This document shows positions 46,095-59,550 of a stretch of 64,000 bases of DNA, in pieces (position 1 is the first letter of the stretch; the number at the start of each line of letters is the position of its first letter). Origin of the DNA: Marsupella aquatica. Its lineage: Eukaryota; Plantae; Marchantiophyta. Both the position numbers and the translations under genes were made by a program. Below the pieces are notes generated by a model, which was not told the origin of the DNA, did not search any database, and saw only the letters and a list, made by a program, of their open reading frames with translations. The stretch is taken from NCBI GenBank assembly GCA_973895155.1, contig OZ316894.1:10633874-10697873 (forward strand), in the 5' to 3' direction.

Positions 46095-49000
46095 CGTTAG
46101 ACTCTACCTCTGACCGGACGACCGGACCAGCCGGTCATCCGACTACCCTATATGTACTCTCATTCATGACTATACACTGACTCATCCTCATTCATACCTT
46201 GACACGTTATCAGCACGAGGTCTCAGCCAGCGGAGCGAAGAAGAAAAGAGAGAACAGACCATGGAAGATTTGAGAATTTTTTTTTATGCTGAATGGACAA
46301 TGAGTGATTGGAGATTGAGAACGTGAGTCTGGTTATTACTGGAGCAAAACGAACGAAAGATAACAAAAGACTTGCGAGCGAATCGATGGATAGCGTAGAG
46401 CCGATGATGGATCAGAGTTTCGTCAATTGATAAGCACAGAAGGAGAATCCATGAAGAACGGGAGAGAACATAAATGAAAACTGTCCGCTCACGATTTCAC
46501 CCTAAATGACTAATGCAAGAAAGTAGTTGGCATAAGGGCAGCATTGAAAGGAGAAACATCGATCGAAATCAAGAAGGGGCAGCATCAAAAATACTCCATA
46601 AGGACAAACGCGACCAAGAAAGACGAAGGCTTAATTTCGAGAGGAAGCACAGCCTGAGAAAAGTGAGAGAAAAAGATCGCACGCGGATTAGCCTGGACAA
46701 AGAAGGACTCCCGTAATGACAAGCTTCGTCGATTGAGAGGGATAAAAGGAAACAAAAATTAAAAGAGAAGGCCCGATAGTAGCGTGACAACGAAAGCAGC
46801 GAGAGGGCGAAATGAGAAATCGAGTGAAGAGCCGCTAGCAGGCAGAATCAAAGAGGCGCAAACTGATTGAACGAGAGAGAAAATCAGAAGAAGTTCGAAG
46901 AATGATAAGGATCGCGTAAGAAAGAGAGCTCCAAAAACCAATCGCAAATTGAGGAATTCTGATAAGGACACTGAGAGACAAGTTGCGAGAATCCCAAGTA
47001 GTGAAAGGCAAAAGAAACAAAATTGAACATTCACCAAGCGCGGAGGTCTCCGGATGGTTCCACTATAGATCACCTCTAAAGATTCAAGGCCCGGCCCGGA
47101 AGGAGACGGCGAAGGCAACAAGCTCGAGAAGCAAAAGGAAGAAATTGAGATGACACTATGATGACGGAGAGATTCGCGAGGAGGTGCAACAGCGAAGCAG
47201 AAATCTGAAAGAGAAAAGCAGCGAAGCAGCAGAAATTTGCGAAGGGCTATGAAGAATAGACGGACAACAGGCTGAAAATGACTTGGACCAAAGAAGGAAG
47301 AAAGAAGTGCCCAAGAATGCAATCGAAGGAGGACGAGAGGGAAAAGCGAGGAAAGGCGAGAAGAACCAAGCAATCGGCCATAGCCAAGACATTGAGGAAA
47401 ACGTGAAGGCAAACCAGATCGAGAGGGGCACCATAGCCTCACGAGATAAATTACCTAACCGCCAATCCATCCCTAAGCGCAACCCATTTTCAATGGAACT
47501 TGAAATAACAAAGGAAGAAGAGCACTCAAACACATAACTGCAACCCTAAGTGCACAACTGGATAACTGCACCAAAATACAAAGGAATCCTAAAATACAAA
47601 GAAGAGAATGTAGTTATACATTTACAAAGAAAACCAACTTTCTAAGTGCAAACCCTAAATTCTGCAAAAAACCCAATCATTCTTGCTTTACTCGCCAATG
47701 ACTTAGATTGCTTTCCTCAACCCTTTTTCCACCATTGCATGCGGAAAATGTGCATTGTCTTTTGACTATACATATATTATATAAACACGCACACCACCGC
47801 TGCACGCTAGGACCCTTAGAGATGACCAACCTTGAGAAACTAACCTTTCCAGCCCTAGAAATCGATGGTAGCAACTATCTGGAATGGTCCATGAACCTCA
47901 AAGAGAACCTAACCGCGCTAACCCTACTCCCAGCTATAGGGATAGCTCAACCCATACTAGCTGGCGAACCCCAACCAGACCCGTTAACTAAAACCAACGA
48001 ATCTAAGGCTCTCATATTCCTTAGACGCCATATCCATAGATTCCTACAAAGATAATACATGCACCTCTCAACCCCTCGTGAACTATGGACAGCGCTCCAA
48101 ACCCGATTCGACCACCAAAAACTGGTTGAACTACCTAAAGCCAGGCAAGACTGGCTAAACCTGTGGGTCCAGGACTTTACCTCTATTTCAGCCTACAATA
48201 GCGAACTCTTTAGAATAACTTCAACTCTCGCACTCTGTGGCGAGCCAGTTACTGACAAGGATCTGCTAGAAAAGACCTTATCCACGTTTCACTCATTGAA
48301 CGTGTTACTATCAACACAGTACCGGAACATGAAGTTCAGACAATACTCCGAGCTCATCGCCCACCTCCTAGTCACAGAAAAAAACCAAGAGCTTCTTTTA
48401 GTTAACTCTAGAAAACGCCCTGCGGGCACAATGCCCTCAGGATCATAGAGTGAAACCCATAATATCGAAAACGCTAAACCCTCCACATCCAGGTAGGGCA
48501 TTAAGCGTACTAGGAATGACAACCAAAGAAACACCCACAACAGGGGGAGTTTCTATAACCAACGTCCACAATATAACTCCCAACGGACCTTTAGAGGACG
48601 TGGAGGACGTGATGGACGAGAAGGACGTGGAGGATGCGGAGGACAAGGAGGATGTGGCGGACGTGGTGGACGTGGAGGACGCAGCGGTGGAAGAACATAT
48701 AACAACAACCGTAGAAACGATTGGTCACAATCCCGACAACAAAGGGAACGACCGAAATGCCATGAATATGGCATGACAAACCACCTAGCGAGAAATTGTA
48801 GAATCCCGCAACACCTTAGAGAACTATATCAACGGTCCCTCAAGGATGGACAAACCTCTAGGGCACCACCCCGTGAAACTCACGGGGCGTTTATGGAGTC
48901 GAGTGACCAATTCCAAGACTTTTCAGACCTACCCACCCAACCCGAGGCACACTTAGTGGCAAGTAGCCCCACTACACCAGATTTAAATAGTCCAAGCACA

Positions 49001-52000
49001 TGTATTATCGACAGTGCGACCACGCATACTATCCTCAGGGATAGACACCTTTTCCAAGATTACACCCTCACGTAGGTCTCTCACCACTATCAATGGTCCT
49101 AGCGAAATAGAAGAGGGCTTCGGCCCAACTTCTATTAGACTCCCGTAGGGGACCAAAATACACATAGAATCTGCTATTTTCGCCCCGAATGCAACTCGTA
49201 ATCTCCTCAATTTTAGAGATATACAAGCAAATGGACTACACGTCCAAACAGGCGATACAAGAGACCAAGAAGTCATCCACCTGGTTGAAAATACCCCTAC
49301 GGGAAAAATCATTAAAGAAACATTTTTCTCGTATCCTTGCGGGTTTTATGTAACTCATATTGAATGCCTGCATAACAATGCCAACACAAGCGAATTGCAT
49401 GCGCTTTGGCATGCACGCCTCGGCCACCCCGGCCAATCAATGCTAACCAAAATCATTAAGAATTCAAGAGGCATTCCAATCAATACACGCCATATTCCAG
49501 CGAGCACCCCATGCACCGCATGCTCACGCGGCAAATTAATAACAAGGCCCACGACATCAAAATTGCCAACTAAAATACCCCAATTCTTGGAAATCATCCA
49601 TGCAAATGTTTGCGGGCCAATTAACCCTCCAAGCGGACCTTTCTGCTACTTTATGGTATTAATCGACGCATCCACTAAATGGTCAAATGTGACCCTGCTT
49701 TCAACGAGGAACATGGTGATGCCTCGCATCTTGGCGCAAATCCTGCGCGTGAAGGCACAATTCCCAGATCACCCCCATTAAGACACTAAGGGTGGACAAC
49801 GTAGGGGAATTCACATCTGAAACATTTGACGACTTTTGTACATCACTTGGCATCGACGTACAATATCCTGTACCCCACGTGCATTTCCAAAATGGATTAG
49901 TTAAAGCTGTCATTAAACGCCTTCAACTCATTGCACGCCCACTACTAATGCAGTCGAAACTCCCCGTCTCAGCATGGGGACATGCCATATTACAGGCTAA
50001 TGCATTAATTCAATACCGCCCATCGGCTTTTAATACCTATAGCCCATACCAAATAGCTAATGGTATCAAACCAGACCTATCACATCTTCGTTCATTTGGA
50101 TGTCAAGTAATGGTCCCCATTACTCCACCCAAACGAACCAAGATGCGACCCCAAAGACAGTTAGGAATATACATCGGATTCGACTCACCATCCATAATCC
50201 GATATATGGAGCCTACAACTAGCGACGTTTTTAAAGCCAGATTTCTAGATTGCCATTTTGATGAACACATTTACCCACCATTAATAACCCCTGAACACCC
50301 ATAACCACCTTTGGAGTGGGAAAGACACTCACCATTTTGGCAAGACCTTAGAACCAATCAAGGGGAGAAAGAAGTTCAACAAATTTTGCAACTCCACAAG
50401 ATTGTGGAAGAACTTCCTGACGCTTTCGTCGATACATCACAAGTTACCCGCTCACATATTCCAGTTGCGAGAGCATCCGCTCTCATCGAATTATCAAGTG
50501 AGCCAGCAAGTACATCCCAACCTTGTGCCAAACGTGGCAGACCGTTGGGATCAAAGGATAAACAACCAAGAAGACGTAGTTCATCTATACCACCTTCACC
50601 TAATGTCGATCATACCGAATCCACAACTCATGAAGAGATTTCTATCCACTACGCACACACCGGTACGATGTGGGATAGAAATACTACTTCAATAGATGAT
50701 GCTTTTGCATTAATGGTGGCAACACATATCACAGACGAAACACCTGAACCAATATCTATCTTAGAATGCCAAAACAGACCAGATTGGCCTGAATGGCAAA
50801 AAGCTATAAATGGAGAATTAGATTCCCTACTAAGCAGATACACTTTTGGTCCAGTTGAACCAACACCGCAAGACGTACACCTCATTGGCTACAAGTGGAC
50901 ATTCGTCCGCAAAAGAAATGATAAAGGCCAAGTTGTACGCTACAAAGCACGTCTGGTAGGGAAAGGATTTACCCAACAACCGGGAATTCATTACGATGAA
51001 ACTTACTCACCGGTTATGGATAGCACAACATTCCGATACCTTATCGGATTTGCCATTTTCCATAAACTACAGATGCGATAATTGGATGTTGCGATCGCAT
51101 ATCTATATGGAACTTTAGACACTTGTCTATACATGCGATCACCTCCCGAGTTGGAGCAACGTCGCCAAGCTTTAGCTCAAGGCGCTAAATCACATATCCC
51201 ATATTTACATAAGATTATAAAACAATTATCTCAAGTTACACCTCATGTGTCATCTACACATATAACTCATAATAACGACATCACTGTGTCAACCGTACAG
51301 AATACTCGCCGCGGACTAGCTATCCGCGTGTTTAAGACATTATATGGCCTGAAACAAAGTGGCAGAGTATGGTATCAAAGATTTACTGATGAAATGATTG
51401 CCATGGGTTTTTCCCATGATGCCATTACACCATGTTTATTTATTAAACATGTGGATGACGAATATGTCATCGTTTCTATTTATGTTGACGACTTAAATAT
51501 ATTTGGGACACCCCAAATTACAGAAGATACTATTACTAGTCTTAAATCAACATTTGAGATGAAAGACCTTGGACATACAAACTTTTGCCTAGGCTTACAA
51601 CTGGAGATCTTACCCACTGGCATGATGCTCCATCAGACAACACAAACTGAAAAGATCCTAAAATAGTTCAATATGAACCTAGCACACCCATTGACATCAC
51701 CAATGGTTGTACGTTCATTAGAAAACAATACCGATGTTTTTCGCAAGCGCGAAGAACATGAACCAATATTAGGACCAGAAACTCCGTATCTTTCTGCGAT
51801 AGGAGCATTAATGTATCTAGCAAATCAGACACGACCAGACATTGCATTTGCAGTTAACTTACTAGCTAGACATAGTGCAATTCCCACAGCCAGACACTGG
51901 AATGGAGTTAAACACGTATTTAGATACCTACGTGGAACCACCGATACCGGGTTATTTTACCCATTAGGTGCAAACCACGAACTCATAGGATATGCGGATG

Positions 52001-52922
52001 CCGGATATCTTTCCGACACTGACACCGCAAAATCCCAAACCGGATATGTTTTTACTATAGGGGGTACCGCCTTTTCTTGGAAAAGCGTGAAACAGACCCT
52101 AACAGCAACCTCATCGAATCACTCAGAAATCTTAGCTCTACATGAGGCTAGTCGTGAAGCCATTTGGTTACGATCCTTTATAAACCACATCAACACCAAA
52201 TGTGGCCTACCACCACTAACGAAGTCTACTAACATTTTTTAGGATAATGCAGCATGTATACAACAGATCACGAAATGATTCATCAAAGGCGATCGCGTGA
52301 AGCATATAGCTCTGAAGTTTTTCTACACCCACGAATTACATGGAAAAGAGATCAACATTTTGCGGATTTCAAGTGCAGACAACTGCGCGGATCTCTTCAC
52401 CAAATCACTACCACCATCAGTTCATCACCGACATTGCCAGGCGATTGAACTGCGGAGCGTGCGACGCATGATGACCGTGGAGGCTACTACTCCACATGAC
52501 GATTGATGCTGCTGATGATATGATGCTGACAACCTACTGTTGAGACAAATATTAAAGCTAGATTTGCTATAGCATCTAACTTTATTTAATATTGACATTT
52601 ATTGCGACGAGGACTGTTAAGCTGCACTCTTTTTCCTTTAGCACTCATATTTTTTTTCTCTGCTACATTGGTATAGTTTTTACTAAGCTAGAGTTGATAA
52701 AGGTTTTTTAACGAGGCAGTCTACTTCGCTTGTACTTATATCATGTATTTCATATGAATATGATATAATAGGTATAGTCTATGTTGTCTATATAGTTGTC
52801 ACTATATATTCAAAGGGGGGTGTTAGACTCTACCTCTCACCACCGGACTAGCCGGTCATCTGACTACCCTATATGTACTCTCATTCATGACTATACACTC
52901 ACTCATCCTCATTCATACCACA
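46095..52922 (+). mobile_element. Full-length Ty1/Copia LTR retrotransposon, Bianca lineage, with very short LTRs
   Basis: LTRs at 46095-46204 and 52821-52922 (GTTAGACTCTACCTCT...CATTCATACC). Bianca-type PBS CGTTATCAGCACG and PPT AAAGGGGGG. TSD GAACG/TAACG with 1 mismatch. Bianca-type gag LEKLTFPALEIDGSNYLEW and integrase GIDVQYPVPHVHFQNG. Confidence 0.92.
47822..52506 (+). pseudogene. Degenerate gag-pol (gag, PR, IN, RT, RNase H) of the Bianca element
   Basis: Motifs CIIDSATTHTIL, LWHARLGHPG, YKARLVGKGFTQ, LYGLKQSGR, IYVDDL, GYADAGY and ADLFTKSL, with numerous stops and frameshifts. Confidence 0.92.
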
Positions 52923-53089
52923 TAACGGGCATTAAGGCTCGTTGAGTATTATTAAGGGTAGGAAAAGAATTCAAAAAACGGGCATTAAGGCTCGTTGAGT
53001 ATTATTAAGGGACGTAAAAGAAAGGGCTCTTCGTGCAAGAGGGCCCTTCAAGTGCCGCTACTTCGTTTAAAGCCACCAGAAGTCCGGCA

Positions 53090-55146
53090 CAAGTTTTTCT
53101 ACAAGTGACGATCGATCGGAGTGAGTCGCGGACGCCAGGGAGGAGCAGGCGGAAGGAGACTTCCTCCCTTCCTTTCCTTTCCTTCCCTTTCCCTTTGCCT
53201 CTTCTCGCCTTTCCTCGACAAAGCAAAACAAAGCATTGAACTGAACTTGTCCGTCAAGAATCGGAACGGCGGTAGCAGATACGATGAGAAGACGTGGTGG
53301 GTCCTTCAGCTGCTCGGATCCAGAAATCTTCTGCGATTGATCTCCAGGCAATTCTTCGTCCCGTGAGTAACCTATCCAGGTACATCAAAGAGGCTCGGGA
53401 ATTCGTGATACTGTTTTTGAGTGTCTTACGAACTTCAATTATCGAGAGTTCAGCTCAGGAGATGTTGTTCATTTGTCTGTATCAGCCAGTGCTAGGGTAC
53501 TGTGTGAGTTTTTTTTTTTGCCTTGAAAACCGAAAGCAGGCCCATCCAACAGAGGATAGATGTCCTGCTCTGGAGCATGCATTTCTGTGTGACTTTTAAG
53601 TGATTCTGAAGGTTTTGCGTGCTTGTCTAGGTTTGTGTACTATCGTTTAAGTTGGCAAGGACTGCAACCATCATAATTCTCTGCAGGAATGCGGCATCAA
53701 CCCAGCTGGTTTATGGATGCTTGGATTCATTCAGTCCCTAATCACATAATGACATGAACAGAAATTGGGGAAAGACAAGCATCAGTCTAAAGTCAGGACT
53801 CTCTCTTGTTGACTCTCCTTCAGGAGGGATTTTACCCCATTTTCATCCATTTTGTCGGCAGACTCATCTCAACCTAGCCTCAAGATGCTGCAAGGAGGCA
53901 ATTAGGCATATCTGTCAACCAGACTTTCTTTAATAGGGTTAGGTTTCAAACTGCTACTCTTTCACATTGAACCCTTGCTTCAGTCGTCTTGAAATCTCGC
54001 AGATCGACACTTCTCTGTCCCAGCCTGTGAAACGAATCCTGCATTTACGTGCTTTCCCGTCCATTTTTTTTGGCATATAGTCTTTTGGATGCTATTTTCT
54101 TCAGAGCCGTACAATGACTCAACTGTGTGAATGTTGCGTATGACAAGTCTAGTATTGCGGATGAACTTTATCGTCAAGTCAATAACTTTCAACATTATTA
54201 GGCATGTTGATCTTACGTTGTTGAAGGAATGAGCTCTGTATGGGGATTCTCATTGCATTTTCTTATTGTGCCCTGATTTTCACTTGCAGGTACTTGAAAG
54301 CAAGATCTGAACTAGCGACAAGTGAGGGGGAGTTGTTGTTAAGTACCATTCTGCATGCATTCTTATGACCACCCGACAACTTTGTTATTCAGGTTTGATA
54401 ATACGGCTCAACAGACTGTCTGGGGATTGTCTACTTTCGGTGTTTTGTTGGGCAATGCTGGTAGCGTACTAGGGATTTCTTCGGATGCATTGACCTCGTC
54501 GCTAGTGATCTGCTCAGTGTCGTCTGTTGTGTTCGTCTTTGGAGAAAGCATTTTGTACATGGCCCTGATTGTGTTTACAGTCCCAGTAATACAAAATGGT
54601 TGGTATCGAATCGATATTCTACCACTTCTTGTATCCCTGCAGACGAAATAGATGAAGGTCTAGGTCTGAACTTTCTGGCAGTATCACCTTGACACTGTCA
54701 GCACCCTCATTCGATGTGCTCGACGGTTTTTCCCGACGGTTCTGTAGCTGAAATTTGGAATGGATTTGGGCTAGTCACTGCATGACTTTAGAACATTAAA
54801 ATCATCATTTGCTTGGGCTAAGAAGGATGTGAAAAGATGGTTGCTTTCATGTCTCTCGATGTAATAGACCAGTGTGGAGAGCAGTGTTGTGCTTTTAAAC
54901 TGTTGAAGTTATTCATCTATCAGTGGGGTCAAGGTTTTTGGATGTTGCTTGTATAACTTATTAGAGTGGCAATTTTAGCGTAGCCTTTTAAATGATTGTA
55001 TTGGCTTTGGTGTTTTAAGTTGAATCTGGCTATCTGCCCGACGAAAGGATACGAGGTTGCTGCCGGCATCATCTCAATTGAGCTTTCATGGGCTGCACTT
55101 CTTTCGTGGAATCTTCGAGTACAGTCGAGTTGAGCAACTAGCAAGG
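53090..55146 (+). promoter_or_regulatory. Probable COG5 TSS region and intron-containing 5' UTR
   Basis: GC-rich and pyrimidine-rich leader at 53100-53360, donor-like GTGAGT at 53363, acceptor-like TTTTCACTTGCAG at ~54289, all upstream of the COG5 ATG. Exact exons are unresolved. Confidence 0.45.
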
Positions 55147-57720
55147 ATGGCTACTTCGGTTCTGCAGAGACCTCAGGGAAACACTTTCCATCAGCAGAAG
55201 GTCATGCACAGGTTGGGAAGTCAGAGATCGAGCGCCTCCCCGCGCTACGAGAGGGATGGTGGGTCGGGGGCTGCCTCCTTCCTTGCCAACGGAGGAGGAC
55301 TGGATGACAATGGTGAAGAAGCGGCCGAGGTAGAAGCGCGGCAGCCGGCTGCGTTGGAGGTCTTCGAGAAGGACAATGTCTTCTCCAAGTTCCTCGGCCA
55401 AGACTTCAATGCGGCACAGTTCGCCAGTGAAGCTCTCGGGAGCGAGTCGGCGTCAGCGGCGTCTGAGAAATTGGAAGAGGGGATCCGCCTATTGGAGAAA
55501 CAGCTCCGGAACGAAGTCTTCCTCCGGCATGATCAGCTCTTGCAGCAGCTGACCACTCTCAAGGAGACGGAGGGCGTGCTGGCGGTGGTGAGGGGAGGGG
55601 TCGATAGTCTCCAGGGGTCTGTCCAGAGAGTCAGATCTGAGATCGCAGAGCCTTATAAGCAAATTAAGTTGAAGTCCAGGCAACTGAACTCTCTTCATGA
55701 CTCCATAGAGCTCCTGAGATCCGTCATCAAGGCCCTAAAGAACCTGAAAAAACTGAGAGAACTCATGGAATCTGGAGGAGGGAATGCTAAACCGGATCTC
55801 ACCAAGGCTGCGCAGCTGTATAGTGAGATAGAGACTTTGCGAAAGGAAGCGGACCTTACCGGGGTGGAGATTGTGGACGAAGCGGTTCCGTGGCTGACTG
55901 AGATTGCCAACAGAATCAGGACGGAAGCAATGCAGAGTCTGGAGAATGGCATGGACTCCCTCAGTCAGGCTGAAGTGGGTAGTGTCCTACAAGTGTATTA
56001 CAACATGGGAGAGCTAAAATCCATGGTGGAAATATTGATTAACAAGTATAAATCCCAGGCCATTAAAAGTGTTAGCTCTGCTCTGGACATGAAGGCGATA
56101 TCGGCTAGCGTAGGGGCTGGAGGAGGAGGACCCGGGGGCATACAGAGGAGTGGAACACCACAGCTGGGCGGCAGTTCTCGGGCTAGAGAAGGCCTTTGGC
56201 AAAGGTTAGGATTGTGTATTGACCAGTTGAGGACCATCATGCTCGCAGTCTGGCATTTGCAACGGGTTTTGGCTAAGATGAGGGATCCAGTAACTCATGC
56301 AGTGTTTCTCGACGAGACTATGCAGGCAGGAGATCCAATGCTGACTGAGAGAGTCTGGGAAGCACTGGTGAAATCCTTTGCAAACCAGATGAAGAGTGCC
56401 TTTACTGCTTCCAGCTTTGTGAAGGAGACTTTTGTCATGGGATACCCCAAGCTTTTAAGATTAATTGACGGCCTGCTGGAAAGACTTGTTGATGAAACGG
56501 AGGTGAAGGGTGTGCCACCAGCAATCAAGACAGAAGATAGAAACCAGCTAATTGCAGCGTTGGAGCCTTTTCAGACTGCATATTTGGCCAAGGTCTTAAG
56601 CCGGCTGTCGGATCTCGTGAATGCCATGTTTCCTGCTGCAGTGCGAGGAAGTGTCCCATCCCAAGATCAGATAGTAAGGCTCCTGTCCCGCATCCAGGAA
56701 GAAGTAGAAACCGCCAGAACGGATGGCAGACTCACTCATCTAGTGTTGCGAGAAGTGAGTAAAATTCTTCAGCTGCTTGCTGAGAAATCTGAGTACCAAA
56801 TCTCAACTGGACCGGATTCCCGCCAAGTATCTCAGTCTGCGACACCATTACAGCTGAAGAACTTCACCCTGTGCCTACATTTGCAGGAGGTTCACGGGAG
56901 GATCAATTCCATGCTCGCTAGCCTACCACCTTCAGCAGCAGATATTTTGTCCGCTGCCCTCGGTTCAATTTATGGAGTGGCATTTGATTCTATTACCCCC
57001 CTTTTCAAGGCCATGGTGGAAAAGCTGGAAGGGTGCATTTTGCAGATGCACGATCAGAACTTCAGCTTAGATATTATGGATCCCACGGTTGGAGATGGGG
57101 CTTCAAACTATATGGACGATCTGCAACAATATATTAATCACTTCCGACTTGAGTTTTTATCAAAATTGATGGTTGGTTCGTCCTCCGCTGGTGCTGGTGG
57201 AGAGTCCATTTCGTCTAGTCTTTCAAGGAAGATGGCATCTCGAGTGCTGTTGTTCTTTGTCCGCCACGCGGCCCTTGTCCGTCCACTTTCAGAAATCGGC
57301 AAGCTGCGAATGGCCCGAGACATGGCGGAACTCGAGCTGGTCGTAGGACAAAGTCTGTACCCTGTAGAACAGCTAGGTGCACCATATCATGCCCTGAGAG
57401 CATTCCGTCCATTGATTTTCTTAGAGACTTCTCAGCTCGCTGGAAGTCCACTTCTGAAGGAGCTTCCTCTTAGTGTGGTTCTGCACCACTTGTACTCTCG
57501 TGCCCCAGAAGAATTAGAGTCTCCCATGAAGAAGTTGAGACTAACATATCAACAGTATTCGCTCTGGCTGGACAATCAAGGAGAAGAGCAGGTGTGGAAG
57601 GGGATAAAAGGGACGCTTGAGGATTACGCTGCCAGGGTAAAGGCAAGGGGAGATAAAGAGTTTACTGTTGTCTACCCCTTAATGCTGCAACTCGGGTCAT
57701 CGTTACACGACCAGAATTGA
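55147..57720 (+). CDS. COG5: Conserved oligomeric Golgi complex subunit 5, single coding exon (~857 aa)
   Basis: Long intact ORF with plant COG5 motifs: FNAAQFAS.AL, LEEGIRLLEKQLRNEV, QAEVGSVLQVYYN, VWHLQRVLAKMRDPVTH, GYPKLL, FFVRHAALVRPLSEIGKLRMARDMAELE and LRAFRPLIFLE. Confidence 0.93.
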   Translation: MATSVLQRPQGNTFHQQKVMHRLGSQRSSASPRYERDGGSGAASFLANGGGLDDNGEEAAEVEARQPAALEVFEKDNVFSKFLGQDFNAAQFASEALGSESASAASEKLEEGIRLLEKQLRNEVFLRHDQLLQQLTTLKETEGVLAVVRGGVDSLQGSVQRVRSEIAEPYKQIKLKSRQLNSLHDSIELLRSVIKALKNLKKLRELMESGGGNAKPDLTKAAQLYSEIETLRKEADLTGVEIVDEAVPWLTEIANRIRTEAMQSLENGMDSLSQAEVGSVLQVYYNMGELKSMVEILINKYKSQAIKSVSSALDMKAISASVGAGGGGPGGIQRSGTPQLGGSSRAREGLWQRLGLCIDQLRTIMLAVWHLQRVLAKMRDPVTHAVFLDETMQAGDPMLTERVWEALVKSFANQMKSAFTASSFVKETFVMGYPKLLRLIDGLLERLVDETEVKGVPPAIKTEDRNQLIAALEPFQTAYLAKVLSRLSDLVNAMFPAAVRGSVPSQDQIVRLLSRIQEEVETARTDGRLTHLVLREVSKILQLLAEKSEYQISTGPDSRQVSQSATPLQLKNFTLCLHLQEVHGRINSMLASLPPSAADILSAALGSIYGVAFDSITPLFKAMVEKLEGCILQMHDQNFSLDIMDPTVGDGASNYMDDLQQYINHFRLEFLSKLMVGSSSAGAGGESISSSLSRKMASRVLLFFVRHAALVRPLSEIGKLRMARDMAELELVVGQSLYPVEQLGAPYHALRAFRPLIFLETSQLAGSPLLKELPLSVVLHHLYSRAPEELESPMKKLRLTYQQYSLWLDNQGEEQVWKGIKGTLEDYAARVKARGDKEFTVVYPLMLQLGSSLHDQN

Positions 57721-59249
57721 TTATCTTGAAGGTACAGATTAAGCAAGCTAAGCAGCCTGGTTTTCATCACTGCCTCTTGAGGTTTACTAGGGTAAAAATG
57801 TGGTCCTAGGAGGGGCCACATTGGTCCTGTACTTCCCTCCAACGATGAGAGAAACTTTTACTGTTTGGGCATCATCGTAACGTGGAGCTGCCCACAACGG
57901 GAATCGTCCCAATCCCCCCCAAAATTGATAATGAAAGCGTAATGATCGTTTTGAGCCACAAGCTGAAGCGATTCTCTCGATACTTTGACAAATTAATTTC
58001 CTTTAAGGAATCTGTGGATCACTGAGGAATGTTGTTACTGTCAAAGTTACGATGAGGTTTACTCATTCTCCTCGAGTCACCTCATGTCTCATCATTTTGC
58101 TTGAACCACAACGGTGGGCAGCAAATTGAAGACAGCGCGTTCGTATGAATAGAGGAATGTGCTAGTTTATGTCTTTCATCGATGCCACTGATCATGGGTG
58201 ATTGCTTCTCTGCGTTTTAACTAACAACCTTCAAATTCTGAGCAGGGTAAACGCAGAAGTGGAAGGTGTAGAGAAGGCATGGATTAGTACAAAGCTCTCG
58301 CCCCATGATGGCGATTCTCCAAAGTAGGCACATCCTCAATGCTAAAGCGATGGTTTATGTCAATGAGTTACTAGATGAATACGTTCGAGGTCCTCTTGCT
58401 AGTCTGGAGCATCCATCAAGATGATATTCAAGCAGAAGCTTTAGGTAGTGCAGCTTCTGCCTTTGTATCTTGGCTCGGTGTTCAACGGTATTTCAGCAGT
58501 GAGGGCGATCAATTGTTAAGTGGATCTTTTTGGTGTCACGCAATTGTTTGAATAAGATTAGGGGGAATGCTACCATGTCCAGAGGATACCTTCGAATTCG
58601 TGCCATGGATATCAAGGGAGCAGGAAACCTTGCAACTCTACTGAGTTTGCCATTGTTGTTTGTTCGAATAACCGGCTTTGGTCAGCCAGGACGGCACCAA
58701 GGGAAATTCTCAGTGGGCCTCGTGCTGCAGAAAAGAAAAAAAGGATAGAGTTTGTACCATTGATGACAAATGCGGAAATTGGGGCTTTGTATGTTGGATT
58801 AACGTGCTTTACTGCAGATGTGCTTCCCACGAGGGGTGATGTCGTTTCTACCTGTGAATGATGTTCTTGTTGTAGAAAGATTTCCGAATTCATAGTTGCT
58901 ACTTTGCCATTATGTGGGTTTGCTAACCCTCGAATGGGCTTCAATCGGATGGAAGCCTGGCGTTATTGAGGATAGTGATGGTTAGAAACAGCACATTGCA
59001 GACACAAGCCAATGAACTGTATTAGAAACAGCGACTGGAATCTGAGTAGGGTTGGACAGTTATCGTTACTTAGAGCAGCTTTCCATTTGCCCCCTTTGCC
59101 AGTCCCTACTCTGGGCTGGCGAAGGGGGGTGCCACACAAGAAGTGTACCGCTCCCTGTCTGTCATCCCCGGTTGCCAGAACCAGGGTAGGGGGTGAATGG
59201 AAATAGGACCTTTTTGAGAGCAACTCCTACACTCATGGATTTGGTCATT

Positions 59250-59550
59250 TTCTGGGTTCTCGTCAATCAGCAGGAATTTTTTTTGGAAAGAAACCCGACT
59301 GAAATTTTCTGTAATCTTGGTGTGGGGGGCTGGTCTTCAGTTCTGCCTAGAAGCGAGGGTGAAACCCATAAATCTCATACACAGGGTGAGACTGGAGGTG
59401 GGTTTGGTGGCACTTTCTGGGTTCTGGTCAATAGGTTGGGAAAAACTGGAAAAAAGTGACCCCACCAACTCTTTCTGTAATTTTTGGTGTGGAGGGCTGG
59501 TCTGCCGTTCTGCTTAAAAGTGAAGGTAAAACTCATAATTCTAATACACT
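59250..59550. repeat. Two diverged direct repeats with a period of ~165 bp
   Basis: TTCTGGGTTCT.GTCAAT...TTTCTGTAAT.TT.GGTGTGG.GGGCTGGTCT...GTTCTGC at ~59250 and ~59415. Confidence 0.75.

Noticed and set aside
46759-47533. Hydrophobic antisense ORFs in the Bianca leader (env-like?)
   Set aside because: The Phe/Leu/Ser richness follows from the purine skew of the + strand; no conserved motifs.
55147-57720. Intronless COG5 CDS as a retrogene
   Set aside because: As I recall, plant COG5 coding regions are typically intron-poor. The ORF is intact, with probable UTR introns and no poly(A) or TSD.
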